17,112 nucleotides of DNA. Source: an uncultured Deferribacteres bacterium (lineage in GTDB: Bacteria; Zhuqueibacterota; Zhuqueibacteria; Zhuqueibacterales; Geothermadaptataceae). Position numbers and translations under genes: made by a program. The notes beneath the pieces were generated by a model that was not told the origin of the DNA, searched no databases, and was given only the letters and a program-made list of their open reading frames with translations. The stretch lies in contig CAXHAT010000170.1 of assembly GCA_964014485.1 (NCBI GenBank), positions 1 through 17,112 on the forward strand, read 5' to 3'. Within the stretch, counting starts at the first letter, position 1, and every line of letters begins with the position of its first letter. Positions 7,861-17,112 of the stretch are shown here, one piece after another.

Positions 7861-8649
7861 ATGAGGACCTCAAAATTTCAGGACGAGCCCGGAAGGGCGA
7901 ATATCTTGGGTACGCGCATCGACCTGCTGGACTATGAGCAAACGATGCAGCGAATGGAAAAAACGGTTGCGGAGCAAAAGAAAGCAACGATAGGGTTTGT
8001 CAACGTTTACACGATCATGCAGGCGCGGCGCAATAAGCGAATTCGCGAAGCGATAGAAAACCTGACGCTCTCCGTCCCTGACGGCATGCCACTGGTTTGG
8101 CTTTCAAAATGGACGGATACGCCGTTGCGCAGCCGCGTTTACGGCCCCGATCTTTTTGCGCATTTTTGTAACCGTTCTCAGCGTGGCGGTCAAAAGCATT
8201 TTTTTTACGGCAGTTCGGAAGAGGTGCTGCAAACCATGCAAAACAATTTGAAAAGCAAGTTCCCGGAAATGCAGATTGCCGGATCATTCAGCCCGCCGTT
8301 TCGCCCGCTGACCGGCGGCGAAGAAAGCGAAATTGTTGAAATGATCAACACTTCCGGCGCCGACGTGCTCTGGATTTGCCTCGGCAGCCCCAAGCAGGAA
8401 CGCTGGATGTTCGACATGCGCGACAAAATTGACGTTCCCGTGATGGCGGCCGTCGGAGCCGCTTTTGCATTTCACGCCGGGACGGTGAAGCAAGCGTCGC
8501 AATTCTGGCAGGATTTGGGGCTCGAATGGCTCTTCCGGCTTATCCAGGAACCGCGCCGATTAGCGAAGCGGTATTTGATTTACAACCCATTGTTTATTTT
8601 GGGCGTTATCAAACAAGCGCTCACCGGGCCTTCAAGACGCACGGTCTGA
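7861..8649 (+). CDS. WecB/TagA/CpsF family glycosyltransferase (GT26)
   Basis: VPDGMPLVW, RVYGPDL, FFYGSSEEVL, SPPFRPL, SGADVLWICLGSPKQERW, VGAAFAFHAG, GLEWLFRLIQEPRRLAKRY. ATG 7861 is preferred over TTG 7852. Confidence 0.93.
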   Translation: MRTSKFQDEPGRANILGTRIDLLDYEQTMQRMEKTVAEQKKATIGFVNVYTIMQARRNKRIREAIENLTLSVPDGMPLVWLSKWTDTPLRSRVYGPDLFAHFCNRSQRGGQKHFFYGSSEEVLQTMQNNLKSKFPEMQIAGSFSPPFRPLTGGEESEIVEMINTSGADVLWICLGSPKQERWMFDMRDKIDVPVMAAVGAAFAFHAGTVKQASQFWQDLGLEWLFRLIQEPRRLAKRYLIYNPLFILGVIKQALTGPSRRTV

Positions 8650-8694
8650 AAATATTAGACGCATTCATGAGCCAAAAAGGACAGGACAACGATA

Positions 8695-10642
<1,948 letters not shown>

Positions 10643-10684
10643 CAATCTATTACGCAGGCTTTTGAACCTGACGAAATAGTCTGA

Positions 10685-10779
10685 ATTGTCATGCTGAAAG
10701 CATCTTTTGGGATCTAACCCTTGAACTCTGAGCTCGAATCTTTGCCGGACGATAACAAGGATTCCTCCAGAATGACAAT
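10685..10779. repeat. Imperfect inverted-repeat element (TGTCATnCTG...CAGnATGACA type)
   Basis: ATTGTCATGCTG (10685-10696) vs CAGAATGACAAT (10768-10779), 11/12 complementary, with further partial pairing inward. Confidence 0.4.
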
Positions 10780-10856
10780 ACGAGACTTTTGCTCAGTTCA
10801 AAACTGTGGTTCGCAAAAGTGTCAGGCAGCGAAAACAGAAACAACGGTTGATTGAC

Positions 10857-12188
10857 ATGCAAACAATGCAAGTGGCGTTTCCCTGGCCGCGTTATTTTCG
10901 CCGGTTCCTTGAAATTTGGGGGAAGGTCTTTTCAGGATATGCGCTGCATTCCTTGCATTTGGTTCCACTGGGGATGATCCTGACATTCATCCTTTTCATG
11001 CCGTCAACAATGGTTCCGGCCGGACAGGGAAAACTCGCGATTCAAGAGTCCGGCAATGCTGTGCGCCAGCTTGTTTTGAGCGCCGGATTTATGATTGCGA
11101 TGGTCGGCTTGCTCTTTCGCGGCGAACGCATTTTGATTCAGGCATACCGCCAAAAACTGATGTTCATTTTTCTGGGATTTACGCTGCTGTCCATCGGTTG
11201 GTCAGACGCGCCCTGGGTGGCTTTGAAACGCTGGTCTCAGTTTGCCGGAATGCTTGCCATCGGCTGGTGCGCGCTTGGAAAACGCGGCTCAATGTCCGGC
11301 ATTTTAGAACTGTTACGCGGAATTTTCACAGTCTGCCTGCTGGCTTCAATCGCAACCGTCGTTGCCAAAATGCCAAGCGCTTTCGATCCTTACACGGGAG
11401 CCTGGACGGGCATTCACGGGCACAAAAACACCCTCGGACAAGTTGCGGCGCTGACTTTTGCGCTCTGGGCGCCCGTCATCGTCGCGAAGAAAAACTGGCA
11501 GCAACGCCTGGTTGGGGCGGCCATTGTCTTTTTGTCAATTATTGTGGCGTGGAAAAGCGGCAGCGTTTCATCCCAATTTATTCTCGCCGGGCTGATCGGA
11601 ACCTGGGCGCTTATGAGCCTGCCGATACATTTCGCCTACAAAATTTTGCTGGTTCCAATCCCGCTCCTCGGCTTTCTATTCTGGTATTTAAATTTCCCTA
11701 CTTTCACCATTAGTGATTTCGTATTGACGCAATTTGAGCGTGATGCGACTTTGACAGGGCGAACGATTTTGTGGCCATACATTTTGGAGCAGGTGGACAA
11801 ACACTTTTTCTTCGGGGTCGGCTACAACAGCTTTTGGATTGGCTCGAACCAGACCGCGCACTCCGTCACCTCAACAATTGGCTGGGACGCCGGGCAGGCC
11901 CACAACGGCTATATCGATATTTTGAATGAAATCGGTTTTGTCGGCGCCCTGTTGTTTTTGCTGATACTGTTTCAAGTCGCTGTGCGAACAGTTCGCATTT
12001 ACAGGCAAAATCAATTTTTCGGCATGACGATTTCCCTCATTTTGCTTTCACAAATTATGCTCAATTTGAGCGAATCGAGCTTTTGCCGGGGCACCTCGCC
12101 GGGGTGGTTCGTGTTTCTTATGATTTACGCCGCACTTGCCCTTGTTCCGCGCAATGCACCGCGTTTGTGGCGACTGCAAAATCGATAA
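10857..12188 (+). CDS. O-antigen ligase / Wzy polymerase-like membrane protein (Wzy_C family), paralog 1
   Basis: Many TM segments; LLSIGWS, WTGIHGHKNTLG, RDATLTGRTILW, FFGVGYNSFW, AHNGYIDILNEIGFVG, NLSESSF. The start is uncertain (ATG 10857/10866 vs GTG 10806). Confidence 0.85.
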   Translation: MQTMQVAFPWPRYFRRFLEIWGKVFSGYALHSLHLVPLGMILTFILFMPSTMVPAGQGKLAIQESGNAVRQLVLSAGFMIAMVGLLFRGERILIQAYRQKLMFIFLGFTLLSIGWSDAPWVALKRWSQFAGMLAIGWCALGKRGSMSGILELLRGIFTVCLLASIATVVAKMPSAFDPYTGAWTGIHGHKNTLGQVAALTFALWAPVIVAKKNWQQRLVGAAIVFLSIIVAWKSGSVSSQFILAGLIGTWALMSLPIHFAYKILLVPIPLLGFLFWYLNFPTFTISDFVLTQFERDATLTGRTILWPYILEQVDKHFFFGVGYNSFWIGSNQTAHSVTSTIGWDAGQAHNGYIDILNEIGFVGALLFLLILFQVAVRTVRIYRQNQFFGMTISLILLSQIMLNLSESSFCRGTSPGWFVFLMIYAALALVPRNAPRLWRLQNR

Positions 12189-12226
12189 AACGCCGCCGTG
12201 CGCCGGGTATGGCTGTTTCTCGCCAA

Positions 12227-12484
12227 GTTAAGTATTGATATTACGCGTAGCAACTCACATCCTGAATCTTGGAGCAAACATTGTCTCATTAGCGCCGGGC
12301 TTCAGCCCGGTGACGCGTAGAAGGCCCATTTTTCTCCCTCAGCCGCGCCAGCGCGGCGAAAGAGATGGGACAGCTGTCTTCAAAAATCTCCGCTCTGAAG
12401 AGCGGAGTTAATAAGAATCAAAAGTTGTCCGCAGACTCTGATCGCGCGTGCCAAACAATGCGTGCGTAACATCGGTTAAGTATT
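12227..12484. mobile_element. Candidate non-autonomous MITE/REPIN-like element
   Basis: Flanking direct repeat GTTAAGTATT (12227-12236, 12475-12484); terminal inverted repeat GATATTACGC/GCGTAACATC (12237-12246, 12464-12473; 9/10); internal inverted pair of REP-like hairpins (12284-12312, 12388-12416) around a central hairpin (12325-12369). No transposase in the window. Confidence 0.55.
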
Positions 12485-12490
12485 AAAAAA

Positions 12491-13900
12491 ATGTATCACC
12501 GTCTCCATTCGTTCCAGTCTGAGAAAAACAGCCGGAACTACGCAGTAAGTTTGAGCTACCGACTCTACGAAAAGGTCAGCCAGTGGGGCTACCTTCTACC
12601 TCTTTTTTTAACGCTCGGCTATATAATTTTTGCGCCGCCGCGGGCAACGATTTTCGGCAACACCGTCGTCGGCGTGCCGGGATCGGACATGCTGGCTTTT
12701 CAAGAAGCGGGCGACCAGGTCAGGCAAATTTTTCTCAGCCTGGGTTTCATGCTTGCCAGCATTGGCGTTTTCCGGCGGCATGAAGCGGTCACGCGAAGTC
12801 TTTATTTCCAAAAAACGCTTTTGCTGCTTATTGCATTTGCATTCCTTTCTATCATCTGGTCGGGAACCCCGGTGATGTCCGCCAAGCGCTGCATCCAGTT
12901 TCTTGGCATTGCACTGGTTGGATGGTCGGCCATGCAAGCGGCCGGGAGCTATGCTCGACTCATTAGTGTTTTGCGAACCCTTTTCACCGTATCGCTTTTT
13001 GTTTCTCTGGTTTTTGTAGCTTTGATTCCAGGCAGGGGAATCGAAGCGGATACGGGAGCGTGGGTCGGGATATTTGCGCATAAAAACACCTTCGGCTTAA
13101 TCAGTCTGATTGTCATCACCCTGTGGTTGCCCGTAGTTTCTACGCGCCATCGGGCCGCCTATTGGATGCTCGGACTTCTCGTCATGTCTTTTGCGTTCCT
13201 GACCGTCTACATGAGTGACAGTCGATCCTCGCAGATCGCTATCGTCGTCGTGCTTTCGCTCTGGTTTGCGATGAAACTGCCGTTTCGCTGGCCGCTGAAA
13301 ATCACATTGTTGCCCATCCCCGCACTAATTTTACTTTTTTGGGTTTTGAACTTCCAGGCGCTTGGATTTGAAGAATATTTTTCCTCCGCCGTCAGCCGGG
13401 ACGTGACGCTGACCGGACGAACGTTTTTGTGGGAAGCGGTTTGGGATAATTTTCTCAAGCACCCAATTCTCGGCGCCGGGTACAACGGTTTTTGGACAAG
13501 TTCCAATGAAGCGACCGTTCAAATCGTTGCCTCCCTCGGCTGGACGCCGCTGCAATCACACAACGGCTACCTGGATATTTTGAATGAGATAGGCCTTGTC
13601 GGCGCCGGCCTTTTTGGTTTCTTGCTTTTCCAAACGCTGCGCAACAGCGCCTTGCTCTACCGACGCGAAAAAGTGCTCGGCATGACATTTTTCTTGCTGA
13701 TCATTTCGCAAGTGACATTCAATTTTGCAGAAACGAGCTTTGGTCGCGGCACCTCGCCTGGCTGGTTTATTCTCATCCTTTGCTACATTGCGCTAACCGA
13801 ATTCCGGGTGCTGGAAAAAGAGAACGAAAACAATGCCAAGCGCATCAATATTTCGCCGCCCCGTAGAAAGAATATTGCAGCGCCGGGCGAGGGCGCATGA
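12491..13900 (+). CDS. O-antigen ligase / Wzy polymerase-like membrane protein (Wzy_C family), paralog 2
   Basis: FLSIIWS, WVGIFAHKNTFG, SRSS, RDVTLTGRTFLW, PILGAGYNGFW, SHNGYLDILNEIGLVG, NFAETSF. Collinear with paralog 1; its stop overlaps the next ATG (ATGA). Confidence 0.87.
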   Translation: MYHRLHSFQSEKNSRNYAVSLSYRLYEKVSQWGYLLPLFLTLGYIIFAPPRATIFGNTVVGVPGSDMLAFQEAGDQVRQIFLSLGFMLASIGVFRRHEAVTRSLYFQKTLLLLIAFAFLSIIWSGTPVMSAKRCIQFLGIALVGWSAMQAAGSYARLISVLRTLFTVSLFVSLVFVALIPGRGIEADTGAWVGIFAHKNTFGLISLIVITLWLPVVSTRHRAAYWMLGLLVMSFAFLTVYMSDSRSSQIAIVVVLSLWFAMKLPFRWPLKITLLPIPALILLFWVLNFQALGFEEYFSSAVSRDVTLTGRTFLWEAVWDNFLKHPILGAGYNGFWTSSNEATVQIVASLGWTPLQSHNGYLDILNEIGLVGAGLFGFLLFQTLRNSALLYRREKVLGMTFFLLIISQVTFNFAETSFGRGTSPGWFILILCYIALTEFRVLEKENENNAKRINISPPRRKNIAAPGEGA

Positions 13901-15156
13901 AATCACTTTCTTCCCCGCTTCTCCGCCACTCGATTATTTCCTTCATCGATCAAGGCGTGCTCAGCACAACCAATTTTCTGGTCACCGTTTTTCTCATTCG
14001 TGAAATTCCGCCGGAACAATTTTCAGTTTTTGTGCTGACCTACGCGGGAATTCTCCTCGCCGTCGGCTTCCAAAACGCTCTCGTCACCACGCCGATGACG
14101 GTGACCGGCCCGAAGAAAACAAACGATGAAAAACGTGCTTTTGTCAGCTCCTTGGCCGTGACGCAGTACGTCATTTGGCTCCCCCTTTGTCTTGCCGCTG
14201 CGGCAACGGCGATCTTTTTTGGCGGCGGGAAAATGGTTGCGAGCGTTATTCCTACGGCCGGATTGGCGGCGATTTTTGTCTTTCTGCGCGAGTTCATGCG
14301 CCGGGCGTTTTTTCTCTACAATTCGCCGGTTTCAGTACTCATCGTTGACGTCATCTACTCGGTCCTTTTTCTCGGCGCGGTCTTGCTGTTTTCTCAGAAC
14401 AGCGCGTCCCCCGCCCGTGACGCAGTCCTTGCGATGGCGGGCGCTTCAGCGCTAGGCGGTCTTTTCGGCGTCGTTATTTTTCACAAAACAATAAACTGGC
14501 GCTTTTCGCTGAAATTGGATGCGTTGACGGCTGCTTGGCGGCACGGACGCTGGAACATCATGGGCGTGACCGTAACGTGGCTCAGCACGCAAGGGTTTTT
14601 CTTTTTGCTGGAATTCTTACGCGACGGCGTGGCCGTGACCAACGTCAAAGCGAGTCAGCAATTGCTCATGCCCATCGTTATTTTGCTCACCAGCCTGACC
14701 TCGGTGATCAAGCCGCGCGGGGCGGCGTGGCTCTCGCAAGGAAAGAAAAAAACGCTCTTTCGCGTTCTCGGCCTGATCACCCTCGGGATGATCGTCCTGG
14801 CCGCCGTTTATGTGACGTTGCTTTCCTGGCAAGCAGAATTGCTTTCGACGTTTATTTACAAACGCGACATCGCCCAGCTCTCGCTACTGCTGCTGCTCTG
14901 GGGCGGCGTCATGGCCGCCAGCATCCTGCGCACCAATCTCGCGACGCTTTTGCAGATTTTCGAAAAATTCAATGTGCTATTTTACATTGGCGCTGCTGCG
15001 GCGCTGGCGACTTTGGGCGGAGGATACGCCGCAATCTCGCTCTTCGGCGCGCCCGGCAGTTTGGTCGGGCTTTTCTTCGGGGAACTTACTTTTCTAATTG
15101 GCATGAGTGCGGTTATCTGGCAACGGGGGTGGCATAATGATCGCAAAAGGGCTTAG
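13897..15156 (+). CDS. Oligosaccharide flippase (Wzx / MOP superfamily)
   Basis: Hydrophobic throughout, about 11-12 TM segments by eye. N-terminal DQGVLSTTNFLVTVFLIR...EQFSVFVL matches Wzx-type flippases. It is translationally coupled to paralog 2 and sits in a polysaccharide cluster. Confidence 0.78.
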   Translation: MKSLSSPLLRHSIISFIDQGVLSTTNFLVTVFLIREIPPEQFSVFVLTYAGILLAVGFQNALVTTPMTVTGPKKTNDEKRAFVSSLAVTQYVIWLPLCLAAAATAIFFGGGKMVASVIPTAGLAAIFVFLREFMRRAFFLYNSPVSVLIVDVIYSVLFLGAVLLFSQNSASPARDAVLAMAGASALGGLFGVVIFHKTINWRFSLKLDALTAAWRHGRWNIMGVTVTWLSTQGFFFLLEFLRDGVAVTNVKASQQLLMPIVILLTSLTSVIKPRGAAWLSQGKKKTLFRVLGLITLGMIVLAAVYVTLLSWQAELLSTFIYKRDIAQLSLLLLLWGGVMAASILRTNLATLLQIFEKFNVLFYIGAAAALATLGGGYAAISLFGAPGSLVGLFFGELTFLIGMSAVIWQRGWHNDRKRA

Positions 15157-15162
15157 CTAAAT

Positions 15163-15465
15163 CTACGCAACCCAGGTTTTACTCCGGAGCCTTTTATACT
15201 CCGGTGCTTCCCATGGCAAACGTTCGAGACCAAAATATATTTTCCAGAAATTGAGCGTTTTTTTATCAAGTTTACGTGCGTGAGTGGATGCGAGAAAAAC
15301 AGGCATTTCGGCGAGAAATTGGTGCTCGGCTTCTAACCATTGCAAGGCTTCCATCGTGCCAAAGTTCAAGAAACGTGCGATAATGAAATACTTGTGCTTT
15401 TCCCATTCAAGCTTATCGTGCGGCGTATCCCAAAAGAGATTTTGCCAGCGAGATGGGATTTTCAT
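15163..15465 (-). CDS. Small DUF6922-like protein
   Basis: LFWD...L..EKHKYFIIARFLNFGTMEALQWL...LDKKTLNFWKIYF matches my recollection of the DUF6922 pattern, a family often found beside AbiEii-like nucleotidyltransferases. Convergent with the flippase, 6-nt gap. Confidence 0.7.
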   Translation of the reverse strand: MKIPSRWQNLFWDTPHDKLEWEKHKYFIIARFLNFGTMEALQWLEAEHQFLAEMPVFLASTHARKLDKKTLNFWKIYFGLERLPWEAPEYKRLRSKTWVA

Positions 15466-15724
15466 GCTTCAATTTCCGAACGCTAAGGATTGTTCTTCTA
15501 TATTGGAAATATATCCATCCAAGCCGTGAATGGAAAGCGTTTCTACGATCAAATCTTGCTGAATCGGATTTATTTGTGTAGATTCGGCGTTTTTCCAATC
15601 CCAAAAATTATTGGGTGTAGGCTGCCATTCAAAAAAAGTTTATTTGGTCAAGTTACCAGGGTCGGCAAAAAACATCCTTCATGAATGACAAGTCGAAGAA
15701 AGCATAAAATCAAACAAGTCGAAG

Positions 15725-17112
15725 ATGATCCGAATCTCACATATCAAAAAAGAATTTCCCAACCGGCCGTTGTTTGATGACGCCAGCGTACACATCCGTC
15801 CTACAGAACGAGTCGGGTTGGTAGGGCCAAACGGAGCGGGCAAGACCACGCTCATGCGCATGATTGCCGGAATGGACGCGCCGGACGACGGTACGGTGCA
15901 ATTGGCAAAAAACGCCAGCCTCGGCTACTTGCGCCAGGATGTGACCGACACGGGCGCGAACACCGTGCTGGAAGAAGTACTGCAAGGCTTTCCGGAAATC
16001 GCCGGAATTGAGGGCGAACTGCTGCAAATGGAGCAAGAAATGGCACAGCGCCCGGAAGATGCTTCGCTGCTGAAAAAATACGGTCGTTTGCAGGAAAAAT
16101 TTGAATCCATGGAAGGCTATCAACTCGAAAGCAAGGCGCGCTCGATTCTCACCGGCGTTGGTTTTACGCCGGAACAGCACAAAGAACCGGTGCGCAATTT
16201 TTCCGGCGGCTGGATGATGCGCATTATTCTCGCCAAACTGCTGATCCAAAAGCCGGACGTCCTGCTCATGGACGAGCCGACCAACCATCTCGATCTCAAC
16301 TCCATCATTTGGCTGGAAAATTTTCTTTCCGAGTATGAAGGCACGGTGGTGCTGATTTCACACGATCAATATTTCATGAATCGCGTCGTCAATCGCGTGG
16401 TGGAAATCGACCGTCGCAGGTTAGTAGATTACACCGGCAACTACGACGAATTCGTCGCCCAGAAAGCGTTGAAAATGGAGCAGTTGGAAGCGCAATTTAA
16501 AAATCAGCAAAAGCAAATTAAGGAGACGGAGCGATTCATCGAGCGTTTTCGCTACAAAGCGACCAAGGCGCGACAAGTGCAGAGCCGGGTCAAGATGCTT
16601 GAAAAGCTTGAACGGATCGAAATGCCGGAAGACAGCGGCCCAACTTTGAGATTTAAATTTCCTCAGCCCCAGCGATCCGGTGAGATTGTAGCGGAGCTGA
16701 CTCACGTGCAGAAAAGTTACGGCGACAATGTCGTTTATCGCGACTTGAATTTTATCGCCAAACGCGGTGAAAAGGTCGCGCTGGTCGGTCACAACGGCGC
16801 CGGGAAATCGACGCTCCTGAAAGTGCTCGCCGATCAGGTTGATATTCAGGGCGGCGACAAACGGCTCGGGCACAACGTGACGGCCTATTATTACGCCCAG
16901 CACCAGCTCGACGTGCTCGACGCGGAAAAGACGATTTTGGAAGAGCTTTCCAGTTCAGCTCCTGACTTGAATGAACAGGAAATCCGGCGCATTGCCGGCG
17001 TTTTCCTTTTTTCCGGGGATGATGTCTTTAAGAAAATTTTGGTTCTCAGCGGCGGCGAAAAAGCGCGCGTTGCTTTGGCGAAAATGCTCGTACGCCCGGC
17101 GAACTTCCTCAT
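15725..17112 (+). CDS. ABC-F family ATP-binding protein (ribosome-associated, YheS/Uup/YdiF-like); 3' end lies beyond the window and it is absent from the ORF track
   Basis: Manual translation from ATG 15725: MIRISHIKKEFPNRPLFDDASV...GLVGPNGAGKTT (Walker A1), FSGGWMMRIILAKLL, LLMDEPTNHLD, LISHD, helical linker, GHNGAGKST (Walker A2), LSGGEKARVALAKML. No TM segments; the frame is the same at the start, middle and end. Confidence 0.93.
   Translation, partial: MIRISHIKKEFPNRPLFDDASVHIRPTERVGLVGPNGAGKTTLMRMIAGMDAPDDGTVQLAKNASLGYLRQDVTDTGANTVLEEVLQGFPEIAGIEGELLQMEQEMAQRPEDASLLKKYGRLQEKFESMEGYQLESKARSILTGVGFTPEQHKEPVRNFSGGWMMRIILAKLLIQKPDVLLMDEPTNHLDLNSIIWLENFLSEYEGTVVLISHDQYFMNRVVNRVVEIDRRRLVDYTGNYDEFVAQKALKMEQLEAQFKNQQKQIKETERFIERFRYKATKARQVQSRVKMLEKLERIEMPEDSGPTLRFKFPQPQRSGEIVAELTHVQKSYGDNVVYRDLNFIAKRGEKVALVGHNGAGKSTLLKVLADQVDIQGGDKRLGHNVTAYYYAQHQLDVLDAEKTILEELSSSAPDLNEQEIRRIAGVFLFSGDDVFKKILVLSGGEKARVALAKMLVRPANFL

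Noticed and set aside
10916..11713. 265-aa alternative-frame ORF inside paralog 1 (likewise 14535-15137 inside the flippase)
   Set aside because: Arg-rich off-frame translations of hydrophobic genes with no recognisable motifs.
15679..17112. Minus-strand ORFs (15737-16288, 16421-16903, 16891-17112 and others)
   Set aside because: They are antisense shadows of the + strand ABC-F gene, which the track missed because its stop lies beyond the window.
15725..17112. ABC transporter for polysaccharide export, or a definite antibiotic-resistance ABC-F
   Set aside because: Twin ATPase domains with no TM segments identify it as ABC-F. Resistance versus housekeeping subfamily cannot be decided by eye.

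Overview
Bacterial DNA, probably from an FCB-group organism (KSB1, Calditrichota or Ignavibacteria-like; inferred only from a PVEL/Ig plus T9SS-type C-terminal domain). From left to right: an octamer tandem repeat and a GTAG-type REP, a secreted SGNH/GDSL hydrolase (minus strand), and a divergent biosynthetic arginine decarboxylase speA. A co-directional Wzx/Wzy-type polysaccharide cluster follows: priming sugar transferase, Wza-like export lipoprotein, kinase-less Wzc/GumC co-polymerase, WecB/TagA/CpsF glycosyltransferase, gmd, fcl, two tandem paralogous O-antigen-ligase/Wzy-like proteins and a flippase. The window ends with a convergent orphan DUF6922-like gene and an ABC-F ATPase that runs off the right edge and is missing from the ORF track. 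All protein families are known ones, and I see no clearly new protein system. The most unusual points are: (i) the cluster is fully bounded yet has two polymerase/ligase paralogs, only two transferases, no tyrosine kinase and no evident fucosyltransferase; (ii) a ~250-bp MITE/REPIN-like element with compensatory base changes lies between the paralogs; (iii) nearly every long spacer carries a different repeat or hairpin structure.
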